A stretch of 64,000 nucleotides of DNA from NCBI GenBank assembly GCA_947477885.1, contig CANJUD010000004.1:164997-228996 (forward strand), in the 5' to 3' direction. This DNA comes from Bacteroidota bacterium (GTDB lineage Bacteria; Bacteroidota; Bacteroidia; UKL13-3). The translations under genes and the position numbers were made by a program. The notes under the pieces were generated by a model that saw nothing but the letters and a program-made list of their open reading frames with translations, was not told the origin of the DNA and did no database searches. Shown here piece by piece: positions 9,798 to 20,158 of this stretch (the stretch's first letter is position 1; every line of letters starts with the position of its first letter).

Positions 9798-10625
9798 TTA
9801 GCGTTTCAAAACTATAGTTTTAGAATTTTTTCCAACAGTTACTACTGCTTCATCATCGCAAGTTCCGTTTCCAAAATCAATACTGCGATCTGCTTTACCT
9901 GAAACTGTAAAGGTAATAACACCTTTAGTAACACGAGATTTAAGGCAGCTAAAATCAACTGTAAGCGGTGTTGTGATATTCATAGTATAAGCTATTGCGC
10001 TGCGGTTTGTTCCGCTTGCACTTCCAGTAATTTCATACTTATCGTCGCTCAATATAAAAGGAGTGTTTGAACCTGCTGTCATTTTGCGAGTACGACTTGT
10101 GCTCCAAGTGATGGTACCGCCATTGTTTGCGATAGTAATTTTACCATTTTTAACCTCAATGGTCCATGTTAGTGGTGCTGAACAAGTAACAGTTTTAGTT
10201 ACTTCAATTTTGTTATCATTTACATAGAAATCTTGCGTGGTTATTGTCATTACAGAACCTACAGCATACCATTTACCAGTGTGGGTAATAATGATTTTAC
10301 CTCTGCGGTTTTTACCATCGTTTCCCATGCAATTTGCAGTACCAAAGTCAATAGTAGCCTTTTTAGGATTAGAACCTGAATCAATAGTAACAGTTGCACA
10401 GGATCCAGCTAAGGTTTCTACATCGCCGTTTTTTAATGTCACGTTGCCGTTTGAAACAGCATCATCTCCTAGTTTAAAAATGTCATTTTCGGTTGCATCA
10501 GCCAAAGATTGATCTTCGGTTGTAGTAGTGTCGTTCGCGTCCCAAGTGTCGCGTTTACATGATGTGAATGTGAGGGCAGTAAATGCGGCCACAATGAGGG
10601 TGGTTTTTAAAATGTAGTTTTTCAT
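9798..10625 (-). CDS. Lipoprotein, beta-rich
   Basis: Lipobox FTSC; IDFGTANC.G.DGKNRRGKII and IDFGNGTCDD motifs. Confidence 0.85.
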   Translation of the reverse strand: MKNYILKTTLIVAAFTALTFTSCKRDTWDANDTTTTEDQSLADATENDIFKLGDDAVSNGNVTLKNGDVETLAGSCATVTIDSGSNPKKATIDFGTANCMGNDGKNRRGKIIITHTGKWYAVGSVMTITTQDFYVNDNKIEVTKTVTCSAPLTWTIEVKNGKITIANNGGTITWSTSRTRKMTAGSNTPFILSDDKYEITGSASGTNRSAIAYTMNITTPLTVDFSCLKSRVTKGVITFTVSGKADRSIDFGNGTCDDEAVVTVGKNSKTIVLKR

Positions 10626-10770
10626 TGGTTTTATCTTTTATGTATGTGTCGTTATGATGGTAATGACAATGATTGGTTTAATTTCGTTGCATTACATGTT
10701 TGCAAATTTAAACTAATCATTTGAAAAATAATATTTTATAATTGTTAAAAAAACTTATGTGACAATTTAT

Positions 10771-12006
10771 TTACAAAATATCCAAGGTATTTCTAATCGA
10801 TTGGGTCTTTAATATACACTCTTCATATTCACTCAACGCATTGGCTTCGTAGGTAATCGCACTACCTGCATGAAATGATAAGTATTTATTTTCACTATTA
10901 TATATGATACTTCGAATAACCACATTAAAATCAAAATCACCTTGGGGTAACACATATCCAAGTGCACCAGAAAAGAATCCTCTTTTGCTGTCTTCATATT
11001 CTTCTATCAATTCCATTGCTTTTATTTTGGGACACCCAGTCATACTTCCCATTGGGAAAGCATTTCTTATTATATCATATAAATTTAATTCTTGTTTTAC
11101 TTCTGCTGTAACAGTAGAAATCATTTGATGAAGTTTTTCAAATGAATATATACCGAAAAGCTCTTCCACTTGCACCGTGCCTGCCTTACTGCTGCGAGCC
11201 AAATCATTGCGCATCAAATCCACAATCATCACATTTTCGCTGCGTTCTTTTTCGTTATTATATAATTGTTTTTTGAATAGTTCATCCTCTTTTTCATCTT
11301 TGCCTCTTATAATAGTTCCTTTGATTGGTTGTGCTATTAGTTTAAAGTTTTCTTTTTTCAAAAATCTTTCTGGACTGGCACAAAGTAATTGAAAATTTTT
11401 GTGAGATAAATAACCAGCAAATGGCGTGGGACTATTAGAATTAAGCCTTTGCCAAGTTTCAAAAGGATTGATATTTATATTTTCTGCATAAAACTCCATA
11501 CAATAATTCAGCTCGTATACATCGCCATCTATTATATGTTGTTTTATCTTTTCGAAATTTTGTATATAGTTTTCTTTACTTGTTCTATCTTGCAAATGTA
11601 TATTTTTCGATTGAATATTAGTAGTATTTGGAGTATTATATAATTGCTTTAATTGAGCTTCATCACCTTTCACAAATTCAAGTATTCCATTGGTTTCAAC
11701 TATCACCACAATAGGTTTAAAGAATACGACATCGGGAAAATTTGTCCCATCATAGTTCTTAGATTCTAGTTTTTCAATTTCATTTTTCAAATCATAACCA
11801 AGGCAGCCCATCCACCAATCACTGTTATATCGTACTTTCAATTGCTCAAATACATCTCCTACTTTACCTATAATAATTTCTTCTGCACCAAATCCTCCTA
11901 ACCATTCATAGGTATGATATCCGCAAGCATTTTGTTTGTGGTTATTGTCGAATATACAAACCGTTTCAATGCCGGGTATGATATGATATAAATCTTCTTT
12001 GGTCAC
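10771..12006 (-). CDS. pabB: Aminodeoxychorismate synthase component I (anthranilate synthase component I family)
   Basis: SPERFL, PIKGT, KERSENVMIVDLMRNDL, FPMGSMTGCPK. Confidence 0.85.
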   Translation of the reverse strand: MTKEDLYHIIPGIETVCIFDNNHKQNACGYHTYEWLGGFGAEEIIIGKVGDVFEQLKVRYNSDWWMGCLGYDLKNEIEKLESKNYDGTNFPDVVFFKPIVVIVETNGILEFVKGDEAQLKQLYNTPNTTNIQSKNIHLQDRTSKENYIQNFEKIKQHIIDGDVYELNYCMEFYAENININPFETWQRLNSNSPTPFAGYLSHKNFQLLCASPERFLKKENFKLIAQPIKGTIIRGKDEKEDELFKKQLYNNEKERSENVMIVDLMRNDLARSSKAGTVQVEELFGIYSFEKLHQMISTVTAEVKQELNLYDIIRNAFPMGSMTGCPKIKAMELIEEYEDSKRGFFSGALGYVLPQGDFDFNVVIRSIIYNSENKYLSFHAGSAITYEANALSEYEECILKTQSIRNTLDIL

Positions 12007-13811
12007 GAGGTTTTTGGATTAAAATATTCATATACCAATTTCGATTTTGATTTCCCTACCAATTCATCTAGCTCATCAATGGCAGCTTCTTTTATTTTTT
12101 TTACGGAGCGAAAATGTTTTAATAATTTCTCCGCTGTGGCCTCTCCTATTCCCTCTATATCTTCTAACTCGGTAGCCAAAGTGCCTTGATTGCGTAGCTT
12201 TCGGTGGAATGTGATACCAAAACGGTGAGCCTCGTCGCGCAACTGTTGTATAGTTTTTAATGTCTCCGATTTTTTGTCAATATATAAAGGTAATTCATCA
12301 CCAGGATAATATAATTCTTCCAATCGTTTGGCAATACCTATGATAGGAATTTTACCATATAAACCTAATTTTTGTAACGCGTCCACTGCCGAGCTAAGCT
12401 GTCCTTTTCCGCCATCAACAATAATCAGTTCGGGTAACGGTAATTTCTCTTCCAACACCCTAGAATAGCGGCGTGTAATCACTTCGTGCATGGTGGCAAA
12501 ATCATCGGGACCGACCACTGTCTTCACTTTATAATGTCTGTATTCTTTTTTTGCGGGCTTGGCATCTATAAAACAAACCATTGCACTCACGGGATAAGCT
12601 CCTTGGAAATTGGAATTATCGAAACAATCGATACGCTTAGGTGGATGTGGCAAACGCAAATCTTTTTGCATTTGTGCCAATATCCTATCGGACCGAACAT
12701 CTGGATTCACTTTTTCGTATTGCGCTAATTTTTCGCGTTTAAAGTATAATACATTTTTCAGCGATAAATCCAATAGTTTTCTTTTATCACCAGCTTTGGG
12801 AACTGTGAATGTTATATTCTTATCTTCTAATTCAATTTCAAATGGCACCACAATTTCTTTTGCTTTATTTCCATAGCGACTGTGTATTTCGGCCATGCCC
12901 ATTTGTAATAGCTCATCTGTACTTTCTTCGATTTTCTTTTTTAGCTCAATAGTTTGTGTTTGCACAATCATACCATTTATCACTCGCAAAAAATTAACAA
13001 AGGCGAAATTTTGTTCTTCTGCAATCGAGAATACATCCAAGTCTGTAATACTTTGGCTTACAATGGTAGAACGACCATGAAAATCTAAGAGTTTATTATA
13101 CTTTAATTTGAGCTGGTGTGCTTCTTCAAATTTATATTCTTTAGAAGCTTCAGCCATTTGTTCTTTCAATATATTTAATACTTCGCTTGCATTTCCTTTC
13201 AGTATTTTACCTATCGACTTAATGGAAAGCATATAGTCATCCTCCGTCTGAAACCCTTCGCAAGGGCCTTTGCAATTACCTATCTGATACTCTAAGCAAA
13301 TTTTAAATTTCTTAGCTTTTATATTTTCTTCAGTCAAATTCAAATTGCAATTTCGCAAAGGATACATAGCTTTCACCAAATCTAAAAGTATATACATCAT
13401 GTCAACCGAGGCATAAGGTCCGAAATAATCAGCACCATCGTTTAACAAGCGGCGTGTTGCGAAAATCTTGGGGAAACGCTCTTTAGTGATCTTAATAAAC
13501 GGGTAGGTTTTGTCATCTTTCAAGCTCACATTGTACCGTGGCTGATGGTGCTTGATTAATATGTTTTCCAACAACAACGCATCATACTCGGTATCAACTA
13601 TCGTAAATTCTATCTTGTGAATTAGTGAAACGAGTCGCTTGGTTTTATTGCTTTCGTAATGCTGTTTGGTAAAATAACTGCTGACGCGTTTTTTTAAATC
13701 TTTGGCTTTACCAATATATAAGAGCTCGCCTTCGGTATCGAAATACTTATAAATCCCAGGCTTATTGGGCAGGGAACGAATGGCATCTTTTAGAAAATCT
13801 TGTGCTGGCAA
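12003..13811 (-). CDS. uvrC: Excinuclease ABC subunit C
   Basis: GIY-YIG (PGIYKY...YIGKAKDLKKRVSSYF), FDNSN, VDGGKGQ, RDEAHRFGITFHR, HhH end. Confidence 0.97.
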   Translation of the reverse strand: MPAQDFLKDAIRSLPNKPGIYKYFDTEGELLYIGKAKDLKKRVSSYFTKQHYESNKTKRLVSLIHKIEFTIVDTEYDALLLENILIKHHQPRYNVSLKDDKTYPFIKITKERFPKIFATRRLLNDGADYFGPYASVDMMYILLDLVKAMYPLRNCNLNLTEENIKAKKFKICLEYQIGNCKGPCEGFQTEDDYMLSIKSIGKILKGNASEVLNILKEQMAEASKEYKFEEAHQLKLKYNKLLDFHGRSTIVSQSITDLDVFSIAEEQNFAFVNFLRVINGMIVQTQTIELKKKIEESTDELLQMGMAEIHSRYGNKAKEIVVPFEIELEDKNITFTVPKAGDKRKLLDLSLKNVLYFKREKLAQYEKVNPDVRSDRILAQMQKDLRLPHPPKRIDCFDNSNFQGAYPVSAMVCFIDAKPAKKEYRHYKVKTVVGPDDFATMHEVITRRYSRVLEEKLPLPELIIVDGGKGQLSSAVDALQKLGLYGKIPIIGIAKRLEELYYPGDELPLYIDKKSETLKTIQQLRDEAHRFGITFHRKLRNQGTLATELEDIEGIGEATAEKLLKHFRSVKKIKEAAIDELDELVGKSKSKLVYEYFNPKTS

Positions 13812-13816
13812 GGTGG

Positions 13817-13824
13817 CAAAGATA
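13817..13824 (-). promoter_or_regulatory. -7 promoter element (TATCTTTG) of uvrC
   Basis: TAnnTTTG 5 nt before the TTG start. Confidence 0.55.
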
Positions 13825-13858
13825 GTATAAAGTATATAGTATAAGGTATATAGTAAAG
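13824..13858. repeat. Heptamer array (AGTATAW)x5, left arm
   Basis: AGTATAA AGTATAT AGTATAA GGTATAT AGTAAAG; inverted partner at 14641-14703. Confidence 0.8.
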
Positions 13859-13867
13859 GGTGAAATC

Positions 13868-13940
13868 TTTGTCAGTCTGAGTTCATCGAAGACGACACAG
13901 GAGAAGTTTGTCTACCCTTCGATAAACTCAGGATGACAAA
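13868..13940. repeat. REP-like hairpin
   Basis: TTTGTCAGTCTGAGTTCATCGAAG / CTTCGATAAACTCAGGATGACAAA, 21 of 24 positions complementary. Confidence 0.8.
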
Positions 13941-13946
13941 CTTTTT

Positions 13947-14642
13947 TTATTTTGAATACATCCTATATTCTTTGAAATATTTAACAAGTATTTTCTCCAT
14001 AGATTTATCATGTAGTTGTGCAATTGCTAAACCCAATTCGAAAAATGAACCTTTATATGGAATTACTCTATAAACACGAGCATATTCCTTAAATGATTCA
14101 TACCCATAATGACTTTGTCTTTTTCCTTCAATAGTCCAAAATGCTCCGCGGCATGGTCCTGGTTCATAACTATCACGCATTTCTAAAGACCAAAAGTATG
14201 ATTCTAAAGATTTGATGCGTATTTTTTCCCAATCTGCCAATGTTAGAACTTTTACTATTTCTTTTGTAACGCTATCCTCACCTTCACCGGTCATCTCATC
14301 TTTTCTAACATAATATTTGGTAATAAATGTTACCTTATTATTTGAATCTTTTTCAATTCTAAATAGTACGTGTTCTGATTTGGGGTATTCATGCAAAATA
14401 AACCTAAATGTTTCTATTTTACTTGTTCTTAAATCTGGTTCGTTTAAATGTTTTAACAACCGATCAATTCTTAGGTTAAAAACAGAATCCTCTTTTAAAG
14501 CATTTCTTCTATATTTATCAATTCTTGACTCTTCAGTATTGCTGAATTTACGAATCTCTTGTTTTTCATCTGTATTATTAGTACATGAATTGATTATTAG
14601 AAGTATAACAATATATAAAGACAACAATTTAGCTAATCTCAT
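13947..14642 (-). CDS. Hypothetical lipoprotein
   Basis: 231 aa; lipobox INSC. Confidence 0.75.
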   Translation of the reverse strand: MRLAKLLSLYIVILLIINSCTNNTDEKQEIRKFSNTEESRIDKYRRNALKEDSVFNLRIDRLLKHLNEPDLRTSKIETFRFILHEYPKSEHVLFRIEKDSNNKVTFITKYYVRKDEMTGEGEDSVTKEIVKVLTLADWEKIRIKSLESYFWSLEMRDSYEPGPCRGAFWTIEGKRQSHYGYESFKEYARVYRVIPYKGSFFELGLAIAQLHDKSMEKILVKYFKEYRMYSK

Positions 14643-14703
14643 ACTTTATACCTTATACTATATACTTTCTACTTTTGTCCTTTGTCTTTCGTCTATTGTC
14701 TTT
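14641..14703. repeat. Heptamer array (ATACTTT to TGTCTTT) x9, right arm
   Basis: Fills the whole spacer from the S8 gene stop to the lipoprotein ATG. Confidence 0.8.
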
Positions 14704-17700
14704 TAACCACCCTATTATACTCCACCACACCATCTGCCTCGGTCTTTATGATATAGATTCCGGTATTAAAATCTGCCAATGAAATCTGTGTGGTATTATT
14801 ATAATGTTTGATAAGTTTGCCTTGCAAATCGTATATATCAATTTGCAGCAATGAGATGTTTGTATTGTTTTTGTTGCTGATACGAATGAAGTCTATAGCC
14901 GGATTGGGATCGATGCTGATACGAGAATCGGGAATAGTTTTCCAGTTTACAGATTGTATAATACTATAATTATCTTTATTTAATTCAGATGCATTGATGC
15001 GATAAAAAACAGTATTCATTTCTGAAACATTTCTATCGGTATAATTACGTATTGTATTTTGCAAATTATTCGAATTATCGATTGTAGAAATCGTTTTCCA
15101 ATTTTGCATATCTATGGAACGCTCTATATTATATTCTTGTATCCCCTTGGCATTGGCCACTTGCCAAGTAAGCTGTGCATCACTATTTACTGCTTTTGCA
15201 GTGAAATTAATCCAATCCAAAGGTAAAGGAACACTACCTCCTTGTCCACCCGCATTAATCCAAAACTCAGAGAAACTGGTTACATCAAACTCCAAATAAT
15301 ATCCATTACTAAATGGAACTTTCTTTATATTTTTCGAGGGTATATAATTAAAATATCCAAGGTTATTGGTGATCAAACTATCTTCGTTTTGTCCGTCATA
15401 TTTGGTAACGCCCATATCCTGAATCGTATTGGTACTATCGTCTGCTGAATCCAAACTCATATACTCACTTTCTAATAAATACAAACGTACAGTAACTGCT
15501 GAAGTTGGCTGTGTGGTGGGTTTAATCCACCAATTACGGTTCATGGTTTTTTCGTTTTGATAAACTCGCATGGTGCCTGAGCGAACATATACCCCCACAG
15601 TTGTATTTCCTAAATTTTGACCATTGGGATTTATAGAAACTATTCTATTATTTCCATTTAATACATTCACAAATGAGCTTCCAGAAATACTTGCTGAAGT
15701 TACTTTTGTACTGGTTTGTATACTGGTATCATTACCTCCATATATATGTATATCATCTAACGCTACGCCTACGTAATTGGCACTTACATCGGAACTGAAT
15801 ACAAAGCGAAAACGCACTTGTGTTTTATTTGCCATAGAAGAAGTTGGAATTCTGTTTGATGATAATTTCCAATATAATCTATCTCCATCAAATACATTTG
15901 CTGCATTATTATACCAATTGGTTCCTGTATTTTTTGTTCCTAGTTTCACCCAAGTTGTTCCATTATTTTCACTGTACTCTATATACATATTATCAAAACC
16001 TGACTCGGTTTGAAATTTCTGAATGAAAGAGAAAAACGGGTTTGCTGAGAATCCACTTAAATCGAATGCTGGTGTATATAAATAGGATAATTGATTGTCA
16101 TCATAATTACCAGATAGTTTAGTAGCCCACACTTTACTGCCATTGGCAGCAGTATCTAATATAACTTTTGCCGGCACTCCATAAGCCCAATTACTAGTAT
16201 AACTGTTACCACTTTCTGTCCATAAATATCCATCATTACTTTCAAATCCTTCTGTGTAGGGGAAAGTGCTTACCTTTTTGATATTGCGAATTTGTGTACC
16301 CAATATTGAGTCGTTTGATGGCAATGAATCTCCACTATAATGCGAATACACATCCAAAGTATATAATCCCGGTGTGCTCAAATCTACTGTTTGGCTAAAT
16401 GTAAAAACTGTGCTTGCGGATATACCTAAAGTAGAAAATAAAGTATCTTTTACCCAACTGCCACCATTAATGCGATATGCCAAGGGAATATTAGAAACGG
16501 AGGTAGGCGAATTATTGACCACCGTAACTTTAACTTGCGATGTACTAGAAAGTCCGATACCATTTGTAGGACTTGTAACAGCGGTAATTGCCACATCGCC
16601 AGGTAATTCATATATTGTAATATTATCAATACTCAATCCATCACTATCGCTTGGTTTTACAAAAATCGAATTATCTTCTTGCCCAATTCTTATTTGTGCA
16701 GATGAAGTAATACTTTGTCCGGCACTAATAATTCTATTATATAGATTGATTGCTGAATGTAATTTCCAAACTCCCGCTGTTCCCTTATTTGCCCACCAAT
16801 CATACAATCCCAACCACGAAGAACTATCACTACCACGAACCCAAACACTATCTTTCGAATTTCTTTCCTCACCATGATGCATTAAATAAAACTTAAGTCC
16901 AAGTTTGTTATCGGTTGTAAAATTGCTTAGGTTTAAAGTATATATTAAATAGTTATAATTATTGGTGCCGTTATGTGTGGATTTATCTAATGTAATTGCA
17001 CGACTTCCACTCTGGAAAAGTTCTGGACGCACATTGGTACGCAACCTGCACAAGGGACTGTTATTATCATAATCAATTTGCGGTACTTCTGCTGCCCCAA
17101 AATATGTTCCACTCACAACAGTGTCTCTTGCAGTTTCAAATCCTTCTGTAGAGGGCAATGTGGTAATTGCAGGATTTAATAAATGCCTCACTGTAAAACT
17201 TAAAGTATCATTATATCGATTGTTATCACTGGTTTTTCCTGTCCATATTTTCAAGGTGTAATTCCCCGCTGCACTCAAGTTGGCAGTGGTAGTAAAAGTA
17301 TAATTTGCAGAACTATTTGCTGCAATACTTGGGCTATAAGTTTCGTTCACTGCGGTGCCTCCATTCAATTGATATGATACTGGAAAGCTACCAATTGAAC
17401 TACTACTATAATTGCGAATGGTAACAGTAATACTTTGCGTTGAGCTTAAAGTATTATAACTGCTTTTTCTACCATATGAAGGTGAAACCAAAGTATACAT
17501 ACCCACATCGCTCGTATTACTACAATTGCTCGTACTAACTGTTATTGAGCGGGCTGTAGCACGTTCACTCTTTGCTCCGCTATTGGTTAGTGCCCTCATG
17601 GTAAACCACGCGGTAGCACCACCAGTTTGACCTCCTATTGTAAAAAATGTATCTGTAATTGTTGCTATGGTTTGCCAATCGAAACCTCCCATTGTCATTA

Positions 17701-19942
17701 CCTCATACTTGTTTGCATTGCTAACTGAGGGCCATTTTATGGTAACGGTTTTATCGCAACTGGTAATTGTTCCGCTTGCAAAATTGGGTGTGCCCAATAT
17801 ATTAAATATTGATTTTGAAGTATCGCCCAGTGAGGTTAGCGTGCTATGTCTTACTCTTACCAAAGCTTTGTATGTAGCCACACTTGGCACAGTCCAATCA
17901 TAATAACGTGCTGAATAACTTATTGTGGATGATAAATTATTCCAAGTGGCACCGCTATCTGTCGAATATTCTAGTATAATATTTCCGCTACTAATTCCGT
18001 AGGCATCGAATCGGATTCTCTCACTGGTACTTGGCGAAAACGATTCTGCACCGATAGGATATGTGAGCTTGATAGATTGTGGAACTACCTCGTAAGTTAT
18101 ATAATATGTTTGTGGGCCATAAGGAACTGATGTACCGATTGCTTTTATTGTATAATTGCCACTTGTAGGATTTGAAATAGTGACTTGTTCCATCACATTC
18201 AATGTATCTTTTTTGCGAGTTGCAGTATTGTTCACATTGGCTGCTGCATAATCTAAAACCCAAGGCAAATAAGTAATACTACTTGGATCTATTACTTTCA
18301 AATCCAAATCATTCACCAATGTTTTGGCAGCAAAGGCATTGGCTTCTTTGTCTCTCCAGTGGAGCATTACTTTTAGTTCAGCGGTATTTGAGGGAACACT
18401 TATAATATATGAATCCGAATCGCTAGTATTTAGTGAATCTATACTATATAAATTATTAACCAAACAATCTAAAGCTCTGCGTGCATTAATGCGACCATAT
18501 CCATATTTATAATCAGGCCCTGCATTTCCTCCATCATCAGCGGTATTCATCAACAAAGCTTTTATTAAAGTGCCATCGGGGTTAACATTGCTATGCAAAC
18601 TTTTATATTTTTCATATAATAATGCCATAGTTCCTGTAATGCCCGGTGTAGCCATACTTGTGCCTGACATGGTAGAATATGTATTAGTTGCAACACTAGA
18701 ATTTACATTTACACCCACTGCACAAATCTCCGGTTTAATGCGCCCATCAGCTGCAGGCCCACGTGATGAAAAAGATGCAATCAAATCTGTATCATCAACT
18801 GCACCAACAGTAAAATTATTTTTGGCGGTATTGGGTCCGTAAAAAGAAGTATGAAAACCTAATGCATAACCACTGCATGTAGATGCACCATTATTACCTG
18901 CTGCAAATTGGTTACTCATCATGGGGTAAGCACGCATTTGCTGGTCGTCGCTATTGCTTTCATAATTATAATCCGTACCGCTACAAACATAGCTATAGCC
19001 CCACGAATTGCTGGTAAGCACCATACCATAAGTATTATAACTTGTTGCTGAATTATCGGTATATTCTGGATAATAACCATTAAGCAGTGTAGCTTTTGGA
19101 GCCATGCCTTTAAATAAAGGATTTATGATACCTGCCCCGCCTATGGTTCCTGTTACATGGTTTGAGTGTGCCGATGAACCAAACACACTGGTATTGTTCT
19201 GGCGGTTTTGAAAATCTAAATGCAGCACCCCCATTCCTCCGTCACCAATTCCTATCACAACACCGTTACCTGTTAGTGCACTCAGATTTGTATTTTGCAA
19301 ATAATTATCACGGTGATTATTCACCCCTGGTTTGTTCAAATCTACAGGATCAATACTACGTGCCTCTATATAATGTACAAAAGGCAAAGCTGCCAAAGCA
19401 TTTATTTTACTGGTATCTTGATTAACTATGAGATAACCAATTCCTTCTTTCTCAATAGTACAACCTTGTTTTATTAAATAGTCTTTTTCTAATAATGTGT
19501 TATCATACATCCACAATGCAACACTCACACGGCCACCCATACGTATAATATGCGGGAGGTATACGTGGTTTTGCAGATCGGGATGCAGTTTGATTGCATG
19601 AGCGGGGAAGGTGATAACTCTGGCTCCATTGGATTGTAAAATTTGCAAACCGCCAGCTGTTGGAATTGAAACACAATATGCAGAAGGAGACACAAATGAA
19701 TAAAATCTTACCTGCTGATTTTCCATTTCTTTTTTCAAATTGGTGGACGGCAGGTTCTCAAAAACTACCACAGCAAATATTCGGTCATTATAAGTATTGG
19801 CTTTTACCTCTTCACTTTCATTGGTGAGTTCAGCAATATTGGGATTATAATACGCAGTGCCCTGTTGCCAATAAATGGGCAATTGTTGTGCTTTTGCAAA
19901 CACGGATAGCAATATGGAGCAAGCTAGGTATATGCGTTTCAT
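14693..19942 (-). CDS. S8 (subtilisin-family) serine peptidase, T9SS type A cargo
   Basis: Catalytic motifs IGIGDGG, HSNHVTGTIGG, SGTSMATP; Ig/CARDB-like repeats; CTD PNPA...IYDLQGK. Confidence 0.92.
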   Translation of the reverse strand: MKRIYLACSILLSVFAKAQQLPIYWQQGTAYYNPNIAELTNESEEVKANTYNDRIFAVVVFENLPSTNLKKEMENQQVRFYSFVSPSAYCVSIPTAGGLQILQSNGARVITFPAHAIKLHPDLQNHVYLPHIIRMGGRVSVALWMYDNTLLEKDYLIKQGCTIEKEGIGYLIVNQDTSKINALAALPFVHYIEARSIDPVDLNKPGVNNHRDNYLQNTNLSALTGNGVVIGIGDGGMGVLHLDFQNRQNNTSVFGSSAHSNHVTGTIGGAGIINPLFKGMAPKATLLNGYYPEYTDNSATSYNTYGMVLTSNSWGYSYVCSGTDYNYESNSDDQQMRAYPMMSNQFAAGNNGASTCSGYALGFHTSFYGPNTAKNNFTVGAVDDTDLIASFSSRGPAADGRIKPEICAVGVNVNSSVATNTYSTMSGTSMATPGITGTMALLYEKYKSLHSNVNPDGTLIKALLMNTADDGGNAGPDYKYGYGRINARRALDCLVNNLYSIDSLNTSDSDSYIISVPSNTAELKVMLHWRDKEANAFAAKTLVNDLDLKVIDPSSITYLPWVLDYAAANVNNTATRKKDTLNVMEQVTISNPTSGNYTIKAIGTSVPYGPQTYYITYEVVPQSIKLTYPIGAESFSPSTSERIRFDAYGISSGNIILEYSTDSGATWNNLSSTISYSARYYDWTVPSVATYKALVRVRHSTLTSLGDTSKSIFNILGTPNFASGTITSCDKTVTIKWPSVSNANKYEVMTMGGFDWQTIATITDTFFTIGGQTGGATAWFTMRALTNSGAKSERATARSITVSTSNCSNTSDVGMYTLVSPSYGRKSSYNTLSSTQSITVTIRNYSSSSIGSFPVSYQLNGGTAVNETYSPSIAANSSANYTFTTTANLSAAGNYTLKIWTGKTSDNNRYNDTLSFTVRHLLNPAITTLPSTEGFETARDTVVSGTYFGAAEVPQIDYDNNSPLCRLRTNVRPELFQSGSRAITLDKSTHNGTNNYNYLIYTLNLSNFTTDNKLGLKFYLMHHGEERNSKDSVWVRGSDSSSWLGLYDWWANKGTAGVWKLHSAINLYNRIISAGQSITSSAQIRIGQEDNSIFVKPSDSDGLSIDNITIYELPGDVAITAVTSPTNGIGLSSTSQVKVTVVNNSPTSVSNIPLAYRINGGSWVKDTLFSTLGISASTVFTFSQTVDLSTPGLYTLDVYSHYSGDSLPSNDSILGTQIRNIKKVSTFPYTEGFESNDGYLWTESGNSYTSNWAYGVPAKVILDTAANGSKVWATKLSGNYDDNQLSYLYTPAFDLSGFSANPFFSFIQKFQTESGFDNMYIEYSENNGTTWVKLGTKNTGTNWYNNAANVFDGDRLYWKLSSNRIPTSSMANKTQVRFRFVFSSDVSANYVGVALDDIHIYGGNDTSIQTSTKVTSASISGSSFVNVLNGNNRIVSINPNGQNLGNTTVGVYVRSGTMRVYQNEKTMNRNWWIKPTTQPTSAVTVRLYLLESEYMSLDSADDSTNTIQDMGVTKYDGQNEDSLITNNLGYFNYIPSKNIKKVPFSNGYYLEFDVTSFSEFWINAGGQGGSVPLPLDWINFTAKAVNSDAQLTWQVANAKGIQEYNIERSIDMQNWKTISTIDNSNNLQNTIRNYTDRNVSEMNTVFYRINASELNKDNYSIIQSVNWKTIPDSRISIDPNPAIDFIRISNKNNTNISLLQIDIYDLQGKLIKHYNNTTQISLADFNTGIYIIKTEADGVVEYNRVVKRQ

Positions 19943-20137
19943 CGGAGTTTACGATAATACAACTCAAAGGTATCATTTCTTTTTTGTAGAAACAAATTTG
20001 GATTGCAGAAATACCTTACATATTTATCCAAGCTTGTGGATTAAGTGATGGCATATGAACACTTTAGCTTAAAGCCTTTGCAGGACGGGATTTTTTTGCA
20101 TCAAAAACTTCAGGGATAACAGGCAACTATTTGCCAT

Positions 20138-20145
20138 TAACTTTG
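20138..20145 (+). promoter_or_regulatory. -7 promoter element (TAACTTTG)
   Basis: TAnnTTTG 13 nt before ATG 20159. Confidence 0.5.
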
Positions 20146-20158
20146 TCATCTAACTAAA

